64,000 nucleotides of DNA from the NCBI GenBank assembly GCA_964035575.1, contig OZ037842.1, positions 1,178,001 to 1,242,000 of the forward strand, written 5' to 3'. Both the position numbers and the translations under genes were made by a program. The notes under the pieces were generated by a model. The model had not been told where the DNA came from. It did no database searches and was given only the letters and a program-made list of their open reading frames with translations. Positions 48,196 through 59,275 of the stretch are shown here, in pieces (the stretch's first letter is position 1; each line of letters starts with the position of its first letter). This DNA is from Rhynchopus sp. YZ270_cl-10 (lineage: Eukaryota).

Positions 48196-48996
48196 GTTTA
48201 GATACGTATCCTCCCATGCGATGTATTTATCGAAGTTATCTTTAGATGGCGGAGAACACTGCACGAGCGAGGCACATTCATCCCTCAAGGTTTCTCTTTA
48301 TTCGTTATTTTTCTTATTTTTTTCTATTTTTTTTTGAAAGCTTGGTTGTTACTTAGGCTCCACTGCACCCGTCTATGTGATGCCACAGGGGTTTACAGAT
48401 TTGAGGATATTTGCTAGGCTAGGTCAGAGAATTGTAGTTCTCTGGTGAGCGTACTAGTTGATCTATGGCTTTAACTTGTGGGGTTGAGGGTTGGAGGGTT
48501 TGCGGGCTCCTCGACCTCCCATTTCAGCTGCCAACCCAGCTGTGTAAATGTACATCGCTGCTCGCATCGATGTACATTTACATCGCTGCTCGCATCTGAT
48601 CTACTGCTTCACAGCTCTTCCCCTCCCGCCGTTGCCGCGTCAATCAGCACATCCAACCGAGCCTAAAAAGCCACCTCAAAACAAGACTCATAGTAAGTGT
48701 AGTGCAAGAGAGGGCAAGCCCTCTTCCAACAATTGAAGGTACAGAAGCTGTAGCTTGAAGTTGTTGATTTTTTTTCTGTCTATGCCTACATCCGATGCGT
48801 CAAAACCAATCTTTTTATTTGACCATGCAGGCTTTTTTACATAATGCGATCGAAAAGCGCATCATGCAGACTTTGCAATAATTTTAAACCCCCAAGGCAA
48901 AGGCTGGGGTATAAAAGAGGTCGCGTGATTCGCCGAGCGATTGCGAACCGCCTCCGTTCTCTTACGGTACGGACCACTCACGTCTTACCCTTTAAC

Positions 48997-49043
48997 TGAG
49001 CTCGACTGAGATGCGTTTTTTAGCACGTTTCAACTACTCTTTT
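48997..49043 (+). repeat. Short interspersed family E: TGAGCTCGACTGAGATGCGTTTTTTAGCACGTTTCAAC-T-rich
   Basis: Copies at ~29685, 31149, 35784 and 48997. Confidence 0.75.
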
Positions 49044-51249
49044 TTTCTTTGTTGTTTTGATCGTTTCTACGTACTAAGTTCATCCCTGCTTAGGACGCAA
49101 ACCGGAGCCAATGACACCATATCATGACTCGCAAAGTTCGTCTGTGTGTGTGGATCCCACAAGCAATACGGCAAAGCCCATAAGCTTAACCCAGTATGTA
49201 AATCAGAAGGGACCATTTTATGTCCTGCACGTTAGTGAATTCTTTCTGTTTGCGTCCATTGAGGTGCAAACTTCACTTTGTTCTTTGTGGAATAAGATGT
49301 GCACGCAGTCAAACACATTTCACATTGATATTCGCAATTTTACCTCCAAAAACCTTTTTGCGTCTTTCGTACAGTAACACGCTGTCTGGTAAGACGAGCA
49401 CTAGATTGCAACGAAAAAGGAAAAGGTAGCCATTTTTTTTTTTTTGTCCGCAAGGCCAATACAAACACGCCCCCTTTTTTTCCCCTTTCCCCCCCATGCG
49501 GAACAGAAACCTTTACTCCCCTACCTTTCCCCTTTTGTATGGAAACCAAGCTGGCCCTTCCAGACATATGTTACTCTCCTACATATTTTTTATCCCTTTT
49601 TTTTTTGCACTATTTTGTTGCTGTTTTCTTTTTGAACATTTAAAGGCGGGATACGGTCCTGTCTATTTACTCAACCAAAAAAAAAAAAAACACTTTCGGA
49701 CATTTAAACTTAAGAAAGAACGGGTTGTATTGCACACCCCTACCAATGCTTTCTGTTTCTTGTAATCGAAAAGTATATGAATCTAACTTTACTCCGTTCC
49801 TCTTTCCTCTCGTTTTTTTTCTTTTTTTCATTGAAGATATGTCTGTCAGTATACAGCCCAAGGGGAGGGCCAATACAAGCTTGCCTTGATTTTATCATTC
49901 CGACGCCTGAGTTTCAGACTCAACAGTAGTGGGGGACAATATGACAGAATATGATGAGTGTTGCCTTGGCTCCGGAAGGTTCGGGAGGGTAACCCCAAAT
50001 AAAAGGGATACTAAGTCCTTTTAGAGGTGTGTTTTCTTTAAGTTGACTAAGCACAGAGAGGCTTAGGATCATCTTATAAACTTTTCTTCTTTTGTTAATC
50101 ATTGCTTGGGCGGCGAACGACTAAGTCCAGAAGATTCAGTATTTCCTTTTTAGTTTGCTTTTTATTCTATTTTTCTTTCTTCTGTGTTTGCTTGGGTTTC
50201 CTATCTGATACACATACAGGATGTGCTGGTATTTGTTTGGATTGGTAGCACTTATTGCACGGAATACTTTACGTATATACGGCAGCCACCAATACCAAGA
50301 CTCTTTAGGTTACTATGCCTCCTGGTGCACAGACAGGACATATCTTTGTAAGGACGAGAAGGAAACGGAAGAAAAAAAAAACTTTTTATTTTTTAGTTTT
50401 GTGTATTCCCTGACCAAAAAACTGAAGTAGAAGGTACCAAATGTTCACACGAACAGGTTTCACGACATTCACCCACCATATAAAGGGAAATCACTGAAGA
50501 TGTCCACCCTTTTGAATACTACTGTATGATTCTTAGGACTGAAACAGGGTTAATGTTAGAAACCAATCTACCGAAGTTTCAATTTGTGCATGAAGCATTT
50601 ATTTTTCTTTTTCTACGTTTTGCAAAACATTCCAAAAAAAAAAGCAAGGGTACATTTGTCGCACCCTCTTTGCTTTCTTTTCATTTCGGTTAAGAAAAGA
50701 AAGTATATGAAATTATTCTTTTGTTCTTTAAAAGTTTGGGTACATTTAGTGCACCCTATTATACCATCTATTCAGTAGAATAGTTAGTATATGAAACAAT
50801 ACTTTTGTAATCAGAGTTGGGAATATACTTCGAACACCCACGGGAAATTTCCGGGGCGTTTCAAGTATAGTTTAATGCAGGATTCGAGGTTTTTTTGGGA
50901 AATGAATGAGGGGTAGCTTGGCATCCTATATTAAACCCTGATTAATCCATGCACAGTAAGAAGAAGCTTGGAATTATCCTAGCAAACCGTTTTTTTTTTT
51001 TTTTTCCTTTTTGAAAAAAAGCAAAGATTTAATTTGAGAAATTTTAAGAAACCAAAAAAACGATACATTTTTTTCCTCTCTTATCTCCCAAAACATCTCC
51101 ACCCCCAACACACAGAACATTTTTTTTTTGGGTACTCCTTCCCAAAACCACACAACACACTTTTTTTCCCTTTCCCCCCCTCTTCCTCCCATTGTATTCT
51201 ACCAAAAAAAATAAGGGAAGGCGTTTCGTTTACTTCCTCTCTTTAAAAA

Positions 51250-52761
51250 ATGTCTGATTTGTACGATCAGAGGTCACACCACTCTTCTTCTACTCACGAT
51301 GACTCAAGAGATGCGATACGGACGAATAGCGATGATAATGATGATGACGACGCCATGCCAAAACTTGTACAACCTAGAGGACAACGTGGCGGTCGACGTG
51401 GTAAAAAGCACCGTGCGAAGGTCGTCACCCTCTCCTTCTCTGTGACCGGCGTTCCTGCAGAAGTATCGCTTGAAGAACTCAAACAATGTGTCACAACATT
51501 GCTCCAAATGTCTGTCGCCACCCCAGTATCAACACCGGTATCAGGACCCACTCATGGTAAGTCTCCTGCAAGCTCTCCTTCGTCATTGCCCCCTTCGCCG
51601 TCCATCTCGGTGAGTCCTTTACCTACGCAGGCGTCTTCGCAAACCTATTCGGCAACTATCAACTATCATGGACCTGGGGTCAACATTGAATGTCCTATGG
51701 CATTGCCGTTGGGAGAGATGTGTCGGTTGGAGTCGTGCGCAACAGTGTGTACGCCAAAAGGGAATGTGTCCGTTGGTGGTCCTGCATTGACGCTCTTCGG
51801 GAAGGTGTTTGCGGAAGATGTGAATGATAGGGAGTTGAGTGCGAGCATCCTCCGTGCGATTCACCAGCTCTCAGCAGAGGCGTGTGCGGCGATAAAACTC
51901 TTTTCTCGTGTCGAAACCTCGTGCAGAACAAGTGCACAGTTTTTGATCGAAGCGCATTCATTGCAAGGAAGCAGCATAATTTTAAATGAAGTTCACGACA
52001 AATCTGTCACCATTTCAGGAAAGCGTCTTCACTTTTGTATCGAATCGACTACCGAAAGGGGGGTATCCGGAGAGCGTAGGGCAGTCTACAAACCGTTGTT
52101 TGTAAAGAAGGAGCACCGTGGGAAGGAGTGGTGTGCAGAGGATGTGCGGCAACGTGAGGAGCACATTGTGCAGATTGAGGGCATGAAGCGCTGTGTGCAG
52201 GACGGTGTCGCAGACATGCCGTGTCTGGGCCAGCTGCCCCGCGCACACTTCACACCGGTCCCTTCACCGCACCTCCCACACCGTCATGTCCAAGCGCATA
52301 CAGACTTTCCAAGCGAGCCGCTTGGCTTCCCCTCTGACCCCTCTGCAGCCTTTCCATCAGACCTCCCAGAGACGAACGTCTTCCCGCAGGTCTCGGATGA
52401 CATCAACACAATGATCACATCTGCACTGAGCACGGTCTCCAGCAGTGTAGACCTGCCGTGGAACCAGCAGGCCGCCGTTATGTGGGGTGCCGCAGCTTAT
52501 GCAGTGGTGAGCGGGCATTGGAGTCCTTCGACGTCGGGGTCAGGGGCAGGGGCAGGTCCGCTGGGGTTGGGTAGCATGGGGTCATGTGGTGGTGGTGGCG
52601 TCGCAGCTGCGCCGACAGTGCCTGCCCAGGTGAATGCGGAACAAAACTGGAAACAGCTTGTGTCGCAGCTGCGGGTACCACCACCATCCTCTGCGGAGGG
52701 CTCCATGTGTGCACCCCTTCCCGCACAAGTACTGTATGTGCCCGTCCTCTATGTGATATAG
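51250..52761 (+). CDS. Hypothetical protein, Ser/Pro-rich
   Basis: 503-aa ORF with GC-rich coding-like composition in an AT-rich background. No domain recognised. Confidence 0.75.
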   Translation: MSDLYDQRSHHSSSTHDDSRDAIRTNSDDNDDDDAMPKLVQPRGQRGGRRGKKHRAKVVTLSFSVTGVPAEVSLEELKQCVTTLLQMSVATPVSTPVSGPTHGKSPASSPSSLPPSPSISVSPLPTQASSQTYSATINYHGPGVNIECPMALPLGEMCRLESCATVCTPKGNVSVGGPALTLFGKVFAEDVNDRELSASILRAIHQLSAEACAAIKLFSRVETSCRTSAQFLIEAHSLQGSSIILNEVHDKSVTISGKRLHFCIESTTERGVSGERRAVYKPLFVKKEHRGKEWCAEDVRQREEHIVQIEGMKRCVQDGVADMPCLGQLPRAHFTPVPSPHLPHRHVQAHTDFPSEPLGFPSDPSAAFPSDLPETNVFPQVSDDINTMITSALSTVSSSVDLPWNQQAAVMWGAAAYAVVSGHWSPSTSGSGAGAGPLGLGSMGSCGGGGVAAAPTVPAQVNAEQNWKQLVSQLRVPPPSSAEGSMCAPLPAQVLYVPVLYVI

Positions 52762-52998
52762 AGCACAGCGGGGGGGGTAGAGGAACGGGAGGGGGGATCA
52801 GCATTGAGGGGGTGATACGATTTGCATGATGTACAAAGAGAGTGATTTGTTTCCATTCTCTACGGCTACACTAGACACATCAAAATAAAAAGCACAACAA
52901 ATTCGCGACAGAAACTTTCTTTGTACATATCCCTTTAAAAAAAAATACTCAGGCACCCTTCGGGAGCAGCAGCGGTCTCCCCGCAACCAGTACTGCAG

Positions 52999-54194
52999 AT
53001 GGCGAAGCATAACAAGGTAGGTAGCAGCACACTTGTCTTGTGGGTGTCGATGGGGAGGGGTTGGAGGTGGCCTTGGTGCTTATAACGATGCACCGCATGT
53101 TTATTGAGGCCCCTCCTCTACCCTCCCCGAGGACACACCCCTACCCCCTCTTTGGGTTGGGCGGGTTGGGTGGACTTTGTCATGATTTTGCCCCTCTTTG
53201 CCTGACCCCCAATCTGTTAACTGACACCTGGATAAGTGTCTGTCTGTATGACAGCTACACAACAGAATATCAGAAATACAAAAAAAAAGGGGGTAGGACG
53301 GCTTCCCCCACAGTAAAAAAAGGTTGTCGGCTCCCAAAAGGAGAGAAACGGCACACAGATATCACGGATATCTGGCTTTCCTCGTGGAGCTTCCGCAGCA
53401 CTATGAAGCGAGGAAAGTTTCCAAGTAAAAAAAGAAAAAACAAATTAAAAAATACCCTATCAGGGTGTACTTCCCACCGGCAAGGTATGCGGGTCTACGT
53501 CAACTATAGATGTAGACATGGCTCAGTAGGGGCTCGGGTTGTTTAGTAGTGCTATTTTTCAACTCCTGTCAAACACTGCTTCTCTCCCAGTGTGTCCTTC
53601 CCTTTATATCTCCCAATGCTTGTATGGGCAATATTCGGAGTCGGAGTCCGTGCTGCTTTCTTACCCATCTTGATCTTCTTAGCTTTTTTGAAAGTGTTTC
53701 TTTTTTTTGTTTTTTTTGTTTGCTTTTTGCTTTTTGTGGAGAATTCTCTCGTTCTCCAATTCCCTTGATTTATTTTGTCTTTTTGTCTTTTTGCGTTTTT
53801 TTTTTGTTTCCTTCTCTTCCAATGCCAAAACCCTTAGCATGCCCACCCCACATCCACTGCACACCGCTCCCTTTCTCTTCTCTTCTCTCTTCCACCCCCT
53901 CTCCCTCGGAAAGAAAAAAAGAACACAACAAAACTGCTTCCTGCCCTTCAGAACCAGTCGGCACAGAGCCTAGCTGATTCGCCTTCGGAACTGGGTTCTC
54001 TCGACGGGTTCAGCCCACTCCCCTCGGCAGGAGAGTTGTGGCTGGACGTTCCGTGCCCGGAGCCTGCTAGCAGCCCTATTCTATCCCGTGCCTTCTTGGA
54101 GGAGCTCGGGAGTAATAGCGACGCATGCCCGCAGGCACCTGAACCGACGCACGAGAGGGAAGACAGGAGGCAGAGAGAGAATGACAAAATGTGA
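52999..54194 (+). CDS. Putative small protein (~93 aa) with two micro-exons: 52999-53016, 53464-53484, 53952-54194
   Basis: MAKHNK|GTAGGT...CAG|GVLPTGK|GTATGC...CAG|NQSAQSL...NDKM*. All junctions are phase 0, and the last exon is a GC-rich island not called on the + strand in the ORF track. Confidence 0.45.
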
Positions 54195-57100
54195 GCGTCA
54201 TGGGGGGGAAAAATGTGCTTTTTTGGGTGGGTAATAGGGTCGGGGGGGTGGGGGGGAATAGCGTATAGAAAAATTGTTGTACAGAACCGTCGGGGGGTGG
54301 TTGCCGATATTACAACAACAAAAAAATAGTGGAGTTCATCCTTGGGTGTCTACACGATTATGTTGAATAAGTTTTCAAAAAAAAAAAAATAGTTGGCAGC
54401 ACAATAAAACAATGTCTTTCGTGTGTGCCACGCCCCTTTCCCTTCCCCTTCCCGATTCTCAAAAAAAAACGAGGTGTTGCAGCTTGTGTTATTAGGCACA
54501 TTGTGCACCTCTTATCTTCTCGAGCAAGACATTGTTCTGCATTCTTTTGTCTCATGTCTCATCAGAGGCTTAGATATGATCTCTACCAAGTTTTCTCTTT
54601 AGTATAATAGTAGTCGTTGTGTCGTAGAACGTCTGCGTGGACTTCGTCCGCTGAGGCATTTTATTACCTTCAACGCTTTTTCTTTATGTGTGTGCACAAA
54701 AGGCAATTTCTTTTGAACCTTTCAAGCAAGGATGGCCTATTCGCATGCACCTTACTTTTCCTCCCCTCCCTCAAAGCGTTTTCTGATTTCATCAGTTCAT
54801 TTTTTATCTGAATGTTTATGTTGAGGGCTTTCAGCCGTCATTTTGCAGGTTGTTGTTTTCTACCTGTTGGCAGGAAATGTTCAGTTGTCTGGTGTCTTTG
54901 TTCCCCCCCCTTTTTGCATTATATCAATCCCAGGGTAGGCTTGTGTGCATGCATCCGTTGCGGTGTTCACATTTTACACCTGCCATTTTTAGGTGTGCAC
55001 GAGAGGCACATTCCCTTTTCAAATTTTCATGTTTTTTTTTTAGCACTGTGTGGCTTAGGGTTCAGCTTAAATTATCTATTTTTTTTTATTTTTTTTAGTT
55101 CCTATTATTGATACCTTCCGTTAACACTGCTCTTAGCATTCTGGGTGTTCTGCCCTCTTTCAACTTCTTGACCTTAGGTTCACATTAGTGGTCCAAAACA
55201 TAAAAAACAAAGGAGAAAAAAAATAGTCTTCCTCTTCCCTTGCCGTATTACTCTTATACCTCGATTCCGGGAAGATTCCCATTCTTGGAGAGAATGGAAA
55301 AATAATCAAAACCAAAACAAAAAGAAAAAAAAAAATCAGACGATTGTGTCTGTAAGGCAGTTACACTCATCCAACACACACAATAAAAGAAAAAAAGAAA
55401 ACGCCAAAGCATACAGTCAGACCAGACGCGACTCTTGCCAGAGCTCTTCACTGAGAACTGCTGTGACGCGTCTGATAACAAAAAGACCGTAGTGCTGGCC
55501 AAAAAAAAGGTGGTATTCCCTTTTTTTTTTTGCACAAAAAAAAAAGTTTTTTGTGCGTTTTTTAACACCACCAATTGAGCGCTGCCCTTTACCATACAGC
55601 TTGCTCTGCTTCGCAAAATGGGGACCGCTTTCGGCTGTCTCTCGTAGTGGTGTGGGTAAACCTCTGTCAGGGCAACACCGTCGCTCGATACTACAGATCC
55701 TGCTGATCTTAACAGTATCGCCAGAAAAGCCCGATGAAGGTCAGACACAAATCTTTTTGTTTGTGTATGATGTTTCAGTGAGCTAGCATCGTGACGACAG
55801 TCGGAGGTGCCTGCATCAATACCCTTCACCTTTTTGTTTTTTTTTCTTTCTGTGGGGGTGTGGTGGTTTTCGATGGGATAATTCATCAGCGCTCTGCAGA
55901 TTTCAAAATCATCTCCTCTAGGGCGCCTTGAATAATGTTACAACGATGCCACCCCCCTCTTCCCCTGTCTTTACTCGCTTTTGCTTCTCTTTTCCCCTTG
56001 TCTTCTTTTTTTTTTTCTTTCCGTTCTTTTCAATTTGGCTTTCAATTTGTACCTATTGCCTTTTATTGAAAGGTGCATGTTGAGTACGGAACCCTCTTTG
56101 GTGGGTGATTTTATACCACGAATTTTTGCTCTTCAGGCGTATTGACCGGGTTGGTGTAGCGCGCAGGTTCCGAGAATCGCGAGTTACGCCCATGAGAGGC
56201 TGTCATAGTACTGGCGTGGGTGACCAGCTAGGAAATGTGGATCTCGGGTTCTCGGACCGTACCTCGGTGAGCCGATAAACAACACAACTTTAAAAAAAAA
56301 CAAAAACAAAGCACATCACCAATATAGAACCTTACTTCGACGGTAGTCTTCTTGCAGATCTATTTCATATCGTACCGCACGGAACCTGCAACAGAAACGC
56401 GAGCGAACGCCAGACCAGCCGAGCACAAAAAAAAAAAAAAAAAAAAATGCGTAACATCAAAAATCCACAAAAAAAAACCCCCTCTTTTCACCTCCCCCTT
56501 TTTCCTTTTTTTTTTTACAGAGACCTCGTATGACGACTGGGTATTGCGGACACTGAAGAGAACGGTCTTCTTTTGCTGTGTTCCACAAAAAAGAAACGGT
56601 TGCCCCAAGGAACTGCGGGGGGAAGCGGTCTTCTCTGTTGTAGTTGCTGGGCCGTTTTTATTTTGAGATGATCATACCTCGAAACATGACTGAATGGTTT
56701 GGTGCCGGTCATTGTACCAGGGTACACTGCTACGAGAGGGCTTCGTATTTGAAGGTAAATTAAACGGAGCTTTCTTTGGAAAGAGGGGTGTTTTTTTGTC
56801 TCAGCTCTGAAGCAGATTGGGGAAGAGAGAGATAATCGCATCAATATTCGGCGACGCTGATTTTGGGTATGCAGGATGGAGGTAGGATTTACCAAACAGC
56901 ACTAATGAAGGAAGTTCAGAGGAAAATGACCATGAGAGGTGACAGCATATATTCTTCTAGCGTTAAGGCGAAGACCAGAAACTCCTTTTAAAAAAACGTT
57001 CCGAAACAAAAATAGAGTGAAGACTGTCAGGCAAATGGTTCCAAATGAACTCATATTTTGTCAAAGCAATACGACTGTTTATCTACCCTGTATTTGAGAT

Positions 57101-59275
57101 GTTGCGTGAGGGAGAGAGAGGCACATCCATCTTGCAAGTTTTATTTTTGTTTTGTTTTTTATCCTGAAAAAGAAAATGAATGATTTGGCCAATGTGTGAG
57201 AGAACCGGTGTGCGCAGAGGTGTTTGCACATTTCAACTTCTATTTGGTTTTTTTTTGTGCAAAAATAGCAAATTTTTATTTAAAAAAAAGTCGTCATTCC
57301 CAAGGCTTTTAGATAGAAACGTATGCTACCTCCCCGAACACCTGTCCCTTTGATAGGTTCAACAAAGAATGGGTATTATTATCAAATTCAGCGCAACCCA
57401 TAAAACAAAAAATAGAAAATGCTGGCATTTAGACCAGTACTTTTTCCCCCTTTCGCATTGTTCGCTTATCTCTTGCCATGTTTTTTTTTTGGATAGGAAA
57501 GGTCCTTTGCGGGGGGTAATTTTCCCTAGCCAATTTTTGGGTTGGTACTGTTAATAATATCCCCTCTTGGGGGGGTTTTTCGTGCAAAAAAAAAATTGAG
57601 TTTTTTTTTATGAAACAAACAACGAAAAATAGTGTGGCTCATCCTCAGGGTGTCACTAATGCTATAATGAAAACAAACAAACCTTCGCTTCAAAGCAACC
57701 CTTCAAATCAGTCTAAACTTATACAACGAAGCTTTTCAAAAAAAAAAAAGATGAAAACCTAACAAAACAAACACGGTCATTATTGGACCGTTGCTTTTTT
57801 TTTTGCATAATTCGCACTTTTGTATTTAGGTTGGACGTAATGGCCTTAGGCTATCTGGCATTCGTTTTCTTTTCCCTCTCTGAGGTTCGATATTCACGGA
57901 GTGTTGAGTGTGCTGCGTCCCAGAGGTGTTTTGCATTATCAACTACACCTTCTCTTTTAAAGATGTTGTGTGTGCACGAGAGGTACATTCAATCTTACAA
58001 ATCTTATTTGCGTCCCAGAGGCGTTCGCACTATCAACTTCACTTTTATTTTTTCATGGATTTTCGTTGCGCGGGAAAGTCTTTCCTGCCTTTTTATTGAG
58101 TACATTTCCTTATACTTTCATTTCTTTGAAACTGAAAGCACCTGGATTAAACTGTTTTCTGTATAATCTACCGAGGCGTGACGCTGACGACACGGTAATT
58201 ATCGGTAGCCGCGCCGTAATGCCTCTTGCTTTTTTTTTAAACTATAAACCTTCTTTTGGGGACACGAGGCACATTCATTCTTTCGAATACTTTTTTGTTC
58301 AGCACTTTGCCTTATGCCATACGAAGAGGGGTGAAGAGGACGGTTGTAATTAAATACAACACACTTTTTTGATGAAATTTATCTTCAAGGGGACTAAGCA
58401 GAAAGAGGCTCGTATTCATCTTTTTAAACCCTTCGTTTTGCTTTTTTCTTTCTGTGTTAAGAGAGCCATAGCGCACTCAATGTCAAGTTTTTTTTCTCAG
58501 AGGTTGTGGGAGGGAGGGGAAGGGGGGGGAGGGGTGTGACGAAAGGTACCCAGTTGATTTTTCTTTTTCTTTTTTCTTCTGGGTGCTTCAGTGAACTCTT
58601 CACTGGAGTGAAACCGGAGACCAGTGGAAGTTGGGTTGGAGGCGGAGGGATTCGGAGAGTCTTCCTCTTCTCCTCCATTTGTGACATGATTTTTCTTCTT
58701 TTTTTTTTTTTTGCCTTAAGCCGACGGCAAATTTTTGCTCGTGAAAACATGCGATCGCTGACCAAAAAAAAAAAAAAAAAAAAAAATACTGTCATCGTGA
58801 TTTCCACTGAGTCTGTTCTTGTACAGAGGTACCTTTCGGGATTTTATGTATTTTTCCAAGACGTAGGTCTTACAAAACTATTATTTCTGTCCTTTTTTAA
58901 AAAAAAATTTTTTCAAAAAATTTGTTGTCAGTATTTGGTTATTCTTATTCTTATTCTTGCAAAGTGTAGTCAGGTTTATATTAGGCCTTCAAAAAAATTC
59001 TGTGTTTTTTTTATTTGTCACTCTTTAACACTCTTCCAAAACCACCACCTACACTACACACAACACCGCAGCCCCCCCACCATCCCCACACAGCCACTCC
59101 TCCCACCCCGAAACCAACACACCCCATATATTCTCTTTTTTGTCTTTCAACATATTGTCCAGTCCTCCAGAGCCTCCCTGCCTTACAGCGTCTTGTGTAT
59201 CCCCTTTCTCCTTTATGAGAAGGGGGCCCACCCAATACTGAAAACTGTCAGAGGGTCAGTGCGGGAGGTAGTGCA

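Noticed and set aside
48905..48920. TATAAAAG box suggesting an LTR or promoter
   Set aside because: It is an isolated motif with no paired LTR or downstream gene.
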